Shown here in pieces: positions 37,861 to 46,561 of a stretch of DNA of 64,000 nucleotides (position 1 is its first letter; each line of letters opens with the position of its first letter). The notes beneath the pieces were generated by a model. It made no database searches. It was not told the origin of the DNA and was given only the letters and a program-made list of their open reading frames with translations. This stretch comes from a virus. Location of the stretch: IMG/VR virus record IMGVR_UViG_3300029049_000006. The stretch is one strand, 5' to 3'. Made by a program: the position numbers and the translations under genes.

Positions 37861-37905
37861 CACAGGCCGCTTTGATTTTTTTACCGCAATAACTTTTCTT
37901 TTTTT

Positions 37906-38769
37906 ATGCTGACGCATTCCGATTTTTGTACGTTTATTTTGTCTCATGGGCGGCCAAATAACATCAGAACTCTGCACCCATTGTTAAACACCGGAAACTA
38001 CAGCGGCCCCTGGTACATCGTCATCGACAATGAGGACCCCACGGCGGAAACCTATTATCAGCTTTACGGCTCCAACCGGGTAATCATGTTTGACAAGGAG
38101 GCCGAAGCCCGCCGTCTGGATATTGCAGATAATTTCATCCACATGAGCCGCAAGACTATTACCTATGCTCGTAATGCCTGTTATGACATTGCCAGAAACT
38201 TAGGCTACACGTATTTTTGGCAACTGGATGACGATTATTGCCGGTTCCGGTACGTAACCGACCAGGCCGGAAAATACGTGTACCACAGCATCCGCCACAT
38301 GGACGAGGCGTTGAACGCGACGCTTGATTATTATAAAAGCGTTCCTTCCCTGACCCTGCTGTCCTGGATGCAGGGCGGGGATTTACTGGGCGGCGCCAAC
38401 AGCCAGTCTTTAACCGTGGTGAAGCGAAAAGCCATGAACAGCTTTATTTGCTCTACCGAGCGCCCCATAAAGTTCCGGGGCCGGATGAATGAGGACGTAA
38501 ACACCTATGTTTCCGAGGGCAACCGGGGAAAACTCATTATGATGGCGAATTGTGCCGGCATTTTACAGACCCCCACCCAGATTAACGACGGAGGAATCAC
38601 GGAACTTTACAGGTCTTGCGGCACTTACACCAAAGCAATGTACACTGTGATGCATATGCCCTCAGTAACTACAGTGGGCATGATGCACAGCACTTTTCCC
38701 CGGATTCACCACACGATAAATTGGAACAACTGCGTTCCGAAAATTATCCGGCAGGAGCTTAAAAAATAG
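37906..38769 (+). CDS. GT-A-fold glycosyltransferase-like protein (DxD), paralog B
   Basis: FCTFILSHGRPNNI. YFWQLDDDYCRF. Collinear with paralog A throughout. Confidence 0.5.
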   Translation: MLTHSDFCTFILSHGRPNNIRTLHPLLNTGNYSGPWYIVIDNEDPTAETYYQLYGSNRVIMFDKEAEARRLDIADNFIHMSRKTITYARNACYDIARNLGYTYFWQLDDDYCRFRYVTDQAGKYVYHSIRHMDEALNATLDYYKSVPSLTLLSWMQGGDLLGGANSQSLTVVKRKAMNSFICSTERPIKFRGRMNEDVNTYVSEGNRGKLIMMANCAGILQTPTQINDGGITELYRSCGTYTKAMYTVMHMPSVTTVGMMHSTFPRIHHTINWNNCVPKIIRQELKK

Positions 38770-38867
38770 AGCTTTTCCGGGAAGAAATACCCTTCACCTA
38801 TCGGCCCTGCTGGTCTAATATCCAGACAGGGCCGCAGTATATCTTTCTCTTTTCTCTCTTTTCTCAA

Positions 38868-38884
38868 TTTGCAACCATTGCAAA
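38868..38884. repeat. intergenic palindrome, copy 13 (TTTGCAACCATTGCAAA)
   Basis: One mismatch + T7. Confidence 0.85.
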
Positions 38885-38912
38885 TTTTTTTCTCAAAAAG
38901 ATTCTTTTTCTC

Positions 38913-39000
38913 TTGCAATTCAGTAAAAATAATGCTAACTTATATTCATCAAAGGGAGGGAATAACCCTCCTGCAACAAAAAACTGAAAGTTAAAACATA
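38913..39000 (+). promoter_or_regulatory. sigma70-like promoter + structured leader
   Basis: TTGCAATTCAGTAAAAATAATGCTAACTT. Hairpin GGGAGGGAATAACCCTCC. Confidence 0.55.
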
Positions 39001-39255
39001 ATGAAGACTGCAACCACCATTTACCGTTGGACCGCCAAAACCTCTTCCAGATGCCTTGGCCGCTATTATACCGCTAGCACCCTGCCTGAAGCCATTAAGG
39101 CGGGAAAAGAATTTGTGACCCGTGAGTTTCATGGCATAGGTTCCGTACTTATTGAAGCTTCCCCGGACGGAGGAAAAACCTGGTACGTTAGCCGCGAATG
39201 CAGACGCGACCGTGACACCCAGATGCTTTGGACAGCGGAAGTTTTTTATGTATAA
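39001..39255 (+). CDS. small protein, YKWTA-family paralog 2
   Basis: See the 27525 gene. Behind a promoter-leader module. Confidence 0.5.
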   Translation: MKTATTIYRWTAKTSSRCLGRYYTASTLPEAIKAGKEFVTREFHGIGSVLIEASPDGGKTWYVSRECRRDRDTQMLWTAEVFYV

Positions 39256-39340
39256 GCCATCCCCCCCGGCTGGAAATCATATCTGGCCGGGGAATAAGCC
39301 TGACTTCATTATTATTTACTTAAATCATAAAGAAAAAACC

Positions 39341-39631
39341 ATGAACAGAAACGTAACTAAAACCGTAACCCACCATATTCTTCCCTGTCTGGGCCTTCTG
39401 ATTGTTGAAGCCGTCTCCTGCGTGCTCGCCGTCTATGGCATTGTTACCCTGCTTGGATATGACGTGCCTTCCCTTTACTGGATATTGTCCGGGATTCTAA
39501 AAGCTGTTGCGCTGGTAATATTGCTTCTCATCAGCGTGGGAAGCCTGGTGGGTATTGTGGGTGTGGCAGTGCATCTCTTTTCCTCAAATTGCCGTTGCCA
39601 GGAAGAAGACAGTGGTGAAATTAACCGATAA
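39341..39631 (+). CDS. small membrane protein
   Basis: ATG 39341. Two hydrophobic helices (ILPCLGLLIVEAVSCVLAVYGIV, ILKAVALVILLLISVGSLVGIVGVAV). Confidence 0.4.
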   Translation: MNRNVTKTVTHHILPCLGLLIVEAVSCVLAVYGIVTLLGYDVPSLYWILSGILKAVALVILLLISVGSLVGIVGVAVHLFSSNCRCQEEDSGEINR

Positions 39632-39646
39632 TCCTCCAGACAAAAA

Positions 39647-40207
39647 ATGAAACTGACACTTGAGCAGAAAGCTTTTTATGAATATGGCCGGGCTGTGGAA
39701 TCCCTCAAGAGGACAATTTACGAAACCCGCGAAACTGCTATTCAGGAATTCAAAGACCCATACCGCCTGCTTTCGACATATGACCGGAAACAGCTGATTG
39801 ACGCAATGGGCCTTGCCTCGGAGATTTCTGCTGTCCGGCAGAAGCGTGCCGCGTGCAGGATGTGGAAGTTGCCAGCACAAAGACATTGCCAGAATTGTTG
39901 TTATTACGAAAAATCCGGCAATGATGCGCCCTGTGTCGATTGTACCTTGGGAGACATTAGTGATAATACTCGTCTTATCTGTAATTGGGCGCCAAGGCGC
40001 AAGTTCAAAAAAGGTGATATTGTACGTCGGATTGATACCGGAAAAATGCGGGTGCATGATGACCACATTCCATTCGGAAAACTTGTAACCGTACTGAAAG
40101 ATGAGACCGATGATAACTGTGGAAATATCTTAGTCGGAAATAGAGAAACTATACAGGCCGTAAAATTCTATGAAGTGAAACTTTTTTTAAAAAAAGCTAA
40201 CGATTGA
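39647..40207 (+). CDS. TPEQ/Cys4 family paralog 5 (with C-terminal extension)
   Basis: MKLTLEQKAFYEYGRA.... RAACRMW...QRHCQNC....APCVDC...NWAP. Confidence 0.5.
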   Translation: MKLTLEQKAFYEYGRAVESLKRTIYETRETAIQEFKDPYRLLSTYDRKQLIDAMGLASEISAVRQKRAACRMWKLPAQRHCQNCCYYEKSGNDAPCVDCTLGDISDNTRLICNWAPRRKFKKGDIVRRIDTGKMRVHDDHIPFGKLVTVLKDETDDNCGNILVGNRETIQAVKFYEVKLFLKKAND

Positions 40208-40213
40208 TTGACC

Positions 40214-40408
40214 ATGAAAAAAGAAGAACTTAAATGCTTTATATGTGGACAAGCATTAGAATTAGTTGATGACTCTGCGCAAATAGAGCATATGGGTTAC
40301 GACAGGCACAATGACCGCCCGTTTTTTAATGTCTGCCGTGAATGTCAACAACTTATCGACAAATGCCTTATAGAATTTGAGCAGAAATTTCCAGATGAAG
40401 ACGCTTAA
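40214..40408 (+). CDS. small zinc-ribbon protein
   Basis: MKKEELKCFICGQ....NVCRECQ. First ATG 40214 (the track starts at TTG 40208). Confidence 0.4.
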   Translation: MKKEELKCFICGQALELVDDSAQIEHMGYDRHNDRPFFNVCRECQQLIDKCLIEFEQKFPDEDA

Positions 40409-40739
40409 ATGTCCGTTGTGCGGGAGTTTGTTGAAACTGGATTTCAGTTGCAAATATATTTGCCCCAATTGCGAACTAGCTGCAAAAAGCGGAATCTCAA
40501 AAGAAGAGGCACTAAAACGTGCAGAAAAACTTATTTCTCAATTCCCACCTATCATGCGGGTATTTCCAGGAGATAAGTTAAAGTTTTTTAACCACCAAAT
40601 GCGCCAGAAAATCGCATCCATAGAAAAAGTTAATTTGAAGTCTGGCTGGATAAAAACAAACAAAGGATTTGCCCGCCCGGATGATGTGATTCTGTGGCCC
40701 TGGGAACTTGAACAAACAGAAGAAGGAAATAAACAATGA
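40395..40739 (+). CDS. zinc-ribbon protein, WPWELE family paralog
   Basis: MKTLKCPLCG...CPNC. FPPIMRVFPGDKL. WPWELEQTEE. Confidence 0.5.
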   Translation: MKTLKCPLCGSLLKLDFSCKYICPNCELAAKSGISKEEALKRAEKLISQFPPIMRVFPGDKLKFFNHQMRQKIASIEKVNLKSGWIKTNKGFARPDDVILWPWELEQTEEGNKQ

Positions 40740-41077
40740 AAACACCTAGATGTCCATTATGCGGAGAAGAATTAGCGCCGTCTGTACAAAGCTACGGATT
40801 TGAATACGTTTGCTGGAAGTGCAAATGGCAAACCGCTTCACTCTGCTCCACCGAGCAAGGAGCGAAAAAAGCAGCTCAAAAACTAATCTCCAAGTTCCCT
40901 CCCATCATGAGGGTTCATCCTGGCGATAAGCTTCATGACAAGTGGTGCGGACTGGTCACGGTTGAATCCGTTGATAAGGAAGACTGTGTAATCACAGTAC
41001 GAACTGTCAAGGGGAATGTATCCCGTACTTATTGCGAGGATGTTAATGAATGGCCTTGGGAAATCGAACAAGAATAA
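40736..41077 (+). CDS. zinc-ribbon protein, WPWELE family paralog
   Basis: MKTPRCPLCG...CWKCKW. FPPIMRVHPGDKL. WPWEIEQE. Confidence 0.5.
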   Translation: MKTPRCPLCGEELAPSVQSYGFEYVCWKCKWQTASLCSTEQGAKKAAQKLISKFPPIMRVHPGDKLHDKWCGLVTVESVDKEDCVITVRTVKGNVSRTYCEDVNEWPWEIEQE

Positions 41078-41080
41078 ATT

Positions 41081-41374
41081 ATGAACATAAATGAATTGTT
41101 AGAAGATAAGGATAACGGGCTTGTTCCGCTAGACGGACGCAGCTACGATATAGCTGCATATGCCGGACAATTACGGCAGGCCCGGAATCTTTTACTGGGT
41201 TCCCTGCCCGCTGAAACAGTGGCTTGCATGTCGGATAATGACGTACTTCAAACTTTGATTGACTGCAAGAATCTCGTTCCAGTTGCCGCCTCCTATAAAG
41301 ACGGCATAGACGATGAAGTCATCTTTCTGATTCCGGCGGAAATATTGAAGAGGTGCAGGGTTCTGCAACGCTGA
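41081..41374 (+). CDS. hypothetical protein
   Basis: 97 aa ATG ORF. Confidence 0.4.
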   Translation: MNINELLEDKDNGLVPLDGRSYDIAAYAGQLRQARNLLLGSLPAETVACMSDNDVLQTLIDCKNLVPVAASYKDGIDDEVIFLIPAEILKRCRVLQR

Positions 41375-41433
41375 ATGATTTTCCGGCAAACCACGCTATG
41401 AACGGAAAAACATAAGAAAAAAGGAATCATGCA

Positions 41434-41841
41434 ATGACCGATATTCTTCTATCTGTCAAAAAGCCGTTCTCCAACCTCATTTTATCGGAGGAAAAGAAAT
41501 GGGAGCTGCGGAAAACCGAACCCCGCGCCATGAAAAACGGCCCCATAACGCTCTGGCTTTATGAATCCGGGAAGGATGGGGCGCATGCCATTATTGGAAA
41601 ATGCCAGACAAAGTATGCGCTGCCCATGCTCCAACAACTGGACAACTGGCAACGCCTGTGGATGATGCGGGAAGCCTGCATCACGGAAGAATACCTGTCT
41701 TCCTACATCCCCTGCCGCGCCTGGAACCTCACCAGCCCCGTGCGGCTTCCCTACGCCGTACCGCTCTCTGAAATCGGCCTGGTCCGCCCTCCGCAGTCCT
41801 GGCAATACCTCACCGAAGAACAAGCCGCGCTTTTACGATGA
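41434..41841 (+). CDS. ASCH/PUA-like domain protein
   Basis: MTDILLSVKKPFSNLILSEEKKWELRK...ITLWLYES...AIIGKCQT fits the ASCH pattern (LLSIKPxYA..IL.G.K..E.RR....G..I..Y.S). Confidence 0.45.
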   Translation: MTDILLSVKKPFSNLILSEEKKWELRKTEPRAMKNGPITLWLYESGKDGAHAIIGKCQTKYALPMLQQLDNWQRLWMMREACITEEYLSSYIPCRAWNLTSPVRLPYAVPLSEIGLVRPPQSWQYLTEEQAALLR

Positions 41842-42209
41842 AAAACCCTATAAAATATCTACAGCACATGATTACCGGCATACAGACTGCCGCCCCCCCC
41901 TCCGCTACCTCTACTACCGCCGCCGAAGAAACCCCGGAAAGGCAGACGTACAGGAATCTCCGGCAGGCATGGAGATATTACTACCGCACTCACAAGGTGG
42001 ATTTGGCCATCCTTTACCAGTTAACCGGCCTGCGCGACCGGCTGGACCCGGACAAAGACCCGGAACAGTACGCCCATGCGGTAAAGGCGGTGGAAACCAT
42101 CAATGGTGTCCTGGCTCAAAACCGAATTATCCAGACACGCATTTCCGCCCTGATGACCGATTGCCGGAAAAAGTATGAGAAAAACAGAACGCCCCATCAT
42201 GAGCAGTAA
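41838..42209 (+). CDS. hypothetical protein
   Basis: 123 aa ATG ORF. Confidence 0.4.
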   Translation: MKNPIKYLQHMITGIQTAAPPSATSTTAAEETPERQTYRNLRQAWRYYYRTHKVDLAILYQLTGLRDRLDPDKDPEQYAHAVKAVETINGVLAQNRIIQTRISALMTDCRKKYEKNRTPHHEQ

Positions 42210-42999
42210 TCTTGAAATGCCGCCCCAGGAACTTTATGTTGACTGGCCGGAACAGCCCTGGCCCCGCCTGTCAGGGCAGCTTGACCGGAAGCAGCTCCGC
42301 CGCGAGCTGCTGGACGCGCTGAAACATCTTTCAAACAAGGCGAAACTCCGTATTGGTCCGTCCGGGACCACCAGCAAGAAAGTACATTATGCCTGCGAAC
42401 CCAGATATACCCGCCTGATAGCTTCTGACTGTGTGGCGCTGGCCGTCATTACCCGGAAACGGTTGGAAGCTGACAAGCCGGCAGGTTATTGCGGGCATAT
42501 TGCACCCAAATCGGGAAGAATCTACCCCGACAAGCCGAACTACTTCACGCAGTTCTGGAAACGGTCGATGCCCGGCAGCCCGGAATGCACCATTGCCATC
42601 AACTACGATACGTGCATTGCCAGCCTCGAACGGTTTGCCTTTTTCGCCAATATGGCTGATTCCGACCAAAACTGCTGCGCGGAAAATTGCTATTTTGGCG
42701 TAACAAACCACCGTGGAAACTTTATTGCCGTCCATCCGTACTATATCGGCAATTTTCTCCGGCTGGTGGAAATCCTGCACCGCCATCTTGGCGGCCGATT
42801 GAAAATGACCCTGCGCGTTCCCGCCGCACAGAGCGGCCCTCTGCGGTTTTCCTTCCTGGCGGGCAAGAATGCGGGCGATTGCTATATTCTGGACTACGCC
42901 GTAATGCCATTCTGGCATAAGCATCCCCTCAAAGGCTTCCGCCGCGTGGCGCTGAACTGCTTTCAGATAGGCAATTGGGCGGGGAAGAATAAGCCCTGA
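42199..42999 (+). CDS. hypothetical protein
   Basis: ATG 42199 (MSSNLEMPPQELYV...) within track ORF 42175-42999. Confidence 0.45.
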   Translation: MSSNLEMPPQELYVDWPEQPWPRLSGQLDRKQLRRELLDALKHLSNKAKLRIGPSGTTSKKVHYACEPRYTRLIASDCVALAVITRKRLEADKPAGYCGHIAPKSGRIYPDKPNYFTQFWKRSMPGSPECTIAINYDTCIASLERFAFFANMADSDQNCCAENCYFGVTNHRGNFIAVHPYYIGNFLRLVEILHRHLGGRLKMTLRVPAAQSGPLRFSFLAGKNAGDCYILDYAVMPFWHKHPLKGFRRVALNCFQIGNWAGKNKP

Positions 43000-43003
43000 A
43001 AAA

Positions 43004-43020
43004 TTTGCAATGATTGCAAA
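43004..43020. repeat. intergenic palindrome, copy 14
   Basis: Perfect copy upstream of the tail fibre gene. Confidence 0.9.
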
Positions 43021-43111
43021 TTTTGAAAAAGCGCGCGGGATGCCATATGTGCGGGGTTCCGTGCGCTTTGCGGTTTGACAGCCTGCGCCCTTTGAAACAA
43101 AGTGTGCCTAT

Positions 43112-45517
43112 ATGATTCAAGCCGCCCATTTTGACATCAAGAGCGTTACCGGACTCCGGCAGGCGCTGGTACTGTCCGCAGAGTACGAAAATGAGCCTTT
43201 CCCTCTTGAGGGCTATACCCTCCACGGCAGTATCGGGACGTACCCAAGAATGGATTTGAAATGTTCCGTGGACGAAAACGGTCGCGCCCGGATTGAATGG
43301 GATTCCGTGCCTCCGGGGAACTGGAAATATGATGTGTTTCTTATTAGCGCTAGCAACGATGAAAACCCCCTCATGGAAGGGACTTTCACCGCCCTTCCAA
43401 GAATCACCCCCGTTCTGGACGATGAATCCGTCAATGATGAGGTTGGCGGGGTTCTGCACCTGCCTTCCGGGAACGAGGGAACTATCACCTTGGAGGTTGA
43501 CGGCGGATTCGTCTCAAAAGAATATGCGGCCATTGCCAAGGATGCGGCGGAGAAGGCCCAACAGGCTCTGGAAGACATCAAGCAGGCATTGCAGGGCGTA
43601 GTCACGTCGATTGGCGGGGCATCCGGAGACATCCTTCTGGATTCCGGTCTGAAAATCACCGGCGACCGGGAAAAAGGCAATGTTTCCCTGTCCCTGGACG
43701 ACAAAACGGTCGTATTGACCGCGGGCAGCCAGACGATTGACGGCGTGAAAACCTTTTCATCCCCTCCCGTCATTGCGTCCGCCCCCGCTTCCAACAATGA
43801 GGCGGCAAACAAGAAGTATGTCGATGACATGGCGAGCAAGGCCACCGGCACTACCATTAACGGCGTTTCCGGGAACATCACGCTGGACCTTCCCATGCAG
43901 CTGGACCCTGGTACCAAGTCCATGTCTGTAGATTTGAGCGGCTACGCCTCTTTGCAGACGGATAACGTTTTTGAGGGCGGCAATACGTTTATGGCCGGAA
44001 TCAAGGGCCATGTCGACAGTGTAACCGGCACTGATATCCTGTACGCAACCAACGTCCCCGGCGACAGCAGCAGCGGGCATCCGGTATTGACCATTGAGCA
44101 TATCGGTTCCAGCAACGTGAGGATTTCCTCCGGAACGCACTTGATGTTGAAAGCCAGGGGCGGCAATATTTATGCGGAATCCAGCTTCACCGCGAACAAC
44201 AGCGTCAATGTTTACGGCTCCGCCCTGTTCAATTCCGGCGTAACTGCCAGCCAGTCGCTCACCGTGGGCGGCCATGCCCAGTTCAATGATACCGTGCGCG
44301 TGGAAACCGGGAAAATCGACCCCGGCAATTTCGGCCATACCTGGACATTCGGCTCACTGATTGATTCCCCCACGACTGACGACAACAACAATCACCGGCT
44401 ATGCTGCAAATCCACTTCCGACAACGGGGCCTACATCATCTACCATGAGCGGGTGATCAACGGCGCATGGATGAAAGATAAGATTATTCCCGCCTGCCAG
44501 TTCGATTTTTCCTGGCACAACGACGCCTCCCTTGTCGTCAAGGACCCCACTAAGGCGGAACAGGCCGCCAACAAAAATTATGTGGATTCGCAGTTTAATT
44601 GCCTGTCCCTGTCCTACATGACTCTGGACACCCCGCAAACGGTCAAAGCCGAAAAAACCTTTACCGGCAACGTCAATATCAACACCAACGGAAACAACGG
44701 CACGCTGACCCTGAAAACCAGCGGGGGCGTGGGGTATCTGGTAATGGACACCGGAGAATTCTCCATTTCTGTCGATTATCTCACTCTGGGGGGCCAAACT
44801 TTCGTTCAAACGCTGAATGTGGCGGAATCCTCCCTGTTCACCGGGTCCGTAACCGTGAGCCAATACCTGAAAACAAGCTCGCTGGACGCTGAAAACGTGG
44901 AAGCGAGTACGATAAATCTGGTGGATAGTGATGACCTGTCCTGCATTGACCTGATGCCGTTTTACGGCTCTCCAGATGAAGCAAGCCTAATCTTCCATCC
45001 CGCCCAGACCGGCCCCGGCACAACGGATTACGATATACAGCTTTATTTCACCTACGGTTCCAGCGGCGGCTTCGCGGACTGGCTGGCCGGACCATCTATA
45101 CAGATGATGCGGTTCCATCCGGCAATCGGGTTTTACAATGCGGTATCTTACAGCAATCCGGTAGTGTTTCTCGGTTCAGCTACATTCAGCGCCCTGTTGA
45201 AAGCGCAGCAGGCTGAAATAGACCAGCTGAAAATCAACAGCCCGTTGTATAAGGAGGGGTTTTTAGCCTGGCAGGATGCCGGGGGCCTCTCCATGACCCG
45301 CCCCAGCATTACGGAATCCCTATACGATGCCGACAACCCCAAAGCCATGTTGAACCGGGAAGACAACGACCAGCGCTATTTGCAGGTAAAATCCCTTACG
45401 GCGGCGGAATACGCAGCCCTCGGTTCCTACAGTCTGACAACCCTGTACCGGATTACGGATGCAGACCCCGCCGCGGTATATCTGGGGGACCTGAAATTAT
45501 CCGTGGCCGCCGACTGA
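43112..45517 (+). CDS. tail fiber protein
   Basis: 801 aa. Recurring phage tail-fibre motif xxAANKKYVDD (EAANKKYVDDMASKATG, AEQAANKNYVDSQF). Gly/Ser/Thr-rich, beta-rich composition. Confidence 0.7.
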   Translation: MIQAAHFDIKSVTGLRQALVLSAEYENEPFPLEGYTLHGSIGTYPRMDLKCSVDENGRARIEWDSVPPGNWKYDVFLISASNDENPLMEGTFTALPRITPVLDDESVNDEVGGVLHLPSGNEGTITLEVDGGFVSKEYAAIAKDAAEKAQQALEDIKQALQGVVTSIGGASGDILLDSGLKITGDREKGNVSLSLDDKTVVLTAGSQTIDGVKTFSSPPVIASAPASNNEAANKKYVDDMASKATGTTINGVSGNITLDLPMQLDPGTKSMSVDLSGYASLQTDNVFEGGNTFMAGIKGHVDSVTGTDILYATNVPGDSSSGHPVLTIEHIGSSNVRISSGTHLMLKARGGNIYAESSFTANNSVNVYGSALFNSGVTASQSLTVGGHAQFNDTVRVETGKIDPGNFGHTWTFGSLIDSPTTDDNNNHRLCCKSTSDNGAYIIYHERVINGAWMKDKIIPACQFDFSWHNDASLVVKDPTKAEQAANKNYVDSQFNCLSLSYMTLDTPQTVKAEKTFTGNVNINTNGNNGTLTLKTSGGVGYLVMDTGEFSISVDYLTLGGQTFVQTLNVAESSLFTGSVTVSQYLKTSSLDAENVEASTINLVDSDDLSCIDLMPFYGSPDEASLIFHPAQTGPGTTDYDIQLYFTYGSSGGFADWLAGPSIQMMRFHPAIGFYNAVSYSNPVVFLGSATFSALLKAQQAEIDQLKINSPLYKEGFLAWQDAGGLSMTRPSITESLYDADNPKAMLNREDNDQRYLQVKSLTAAEYAALGSYSLTTLYRITDADPAAVYLGDLKLSVAAD

Positions 45518-45553
45518 TTTACTTTACAGCAATCCCCCTCCGCCTATAATTGC

Positions 45554-46123
45554 ATGCCTATGAAAGACAACATCCTAGTGTTATGCCACAGCAACATGCA
45601 CCGCAGCCCGTTCGTTGCGGAATTCATCCGGAACTCCCCCTATGGAGACAGCTATGAAGTCCGCGACGCGGGACTGCACGTTGACAAGGAGCAGCGCGTG
45701 CCCAAATCCCTTCAGCGGGCCTTCCAGACCGTCTCCCAGGGGAGCCTGAAAAGCCACAAGTCGCGCCCGGTGGGAATCAGCGATATTCTGTGGGCGGATA
45801 AAATAATCATCATGGAGCCGGAGAACAAAAACGACCTCCTGCAAATGCTCGGAAGCCTGCACCTCTCCGACAAGCCCCGGTACGACCAGATTGTCTCCAA
45901 AATAATCTCCCTGGCCCAAATCGGCGGGAAGACAGCCGTGGACGACCCTCACCACTACTCCCCCGGAACGATCGAATACGGAAAAGTAGTATTAAACCTC
46001 GCCTGCCTGACAGCCGTCCTTCTGGAAACGTGGGAAGCCCAGCGTTCATTGAGCGGAGGGGAAAAATCCAAAGACCGGAAACCGGACGACGCGGAATCCG
46101 CAGCAGGCCCATTCGGAGCTTGA
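45554..46123 (+). CDS. low-molecular-weight protein tyrosine phosphatase (LMW-PTP/ArsC-like)
   Basis: P-loop ILVLCHSNMHRSPFVAEF gives CX5R(S) (cf. LCLGNICRSPMAE). DPYY-like loop AVDDPHHYSPG. Confidence 0.6.
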   Translation: MPMKDNILVLCHSNMHRSPFVAEFIRNSPYGDSYEVRDAGLHVDKEQRVPKSLQRAFQTVSQGSLKSHKSRPVGISDILWADKIIIMEPENKNDLLQMLGSLHLSDKPRYDQIVSKIISLAQIGGKTAVDDPHHYSPGTIEYGKVVLNLACLTAVLLETWEAQRSLSGGEKSKDRKPDDAESAAGPFGA

Positions 46124-46561
46124 CCCCTGCCCCCCCCGCATACAATACCGCACAGCATGCACTTCATCATGATATATGCTTTCGGCGCAGGACAATGAAA
46201 GCCTCCGGTGGAGGCTGATTCAGATGAATGTAATCGTCGTCTGGTTCTATCTCCTGCGGCTCCGGGATTCCGGAAGCTGGAACAAACACCTGCAGCAGAA
46301 GCTGGACGACACGGAACTCGTCTTTTTAATCATCAAATGGTACATGTGGTACACGCCTGTCCTGTTCCCCGCCTGATTGCGGGCGGTGAGATGAGATAAA
46401 ATGATGAGACGCGCGGAAAAAACGTGTAAAACGTGTAAAACATGTATATGTGCAGTGTATGTATGCAGGGGGGGGACATATCGCGCGCAGGCGCGGATGC
46501 GTAAAGGCATGCGGCCCTACCCCCCCCTATGGAAGTAAATAAATAAAGAAAAAAATCGGAA

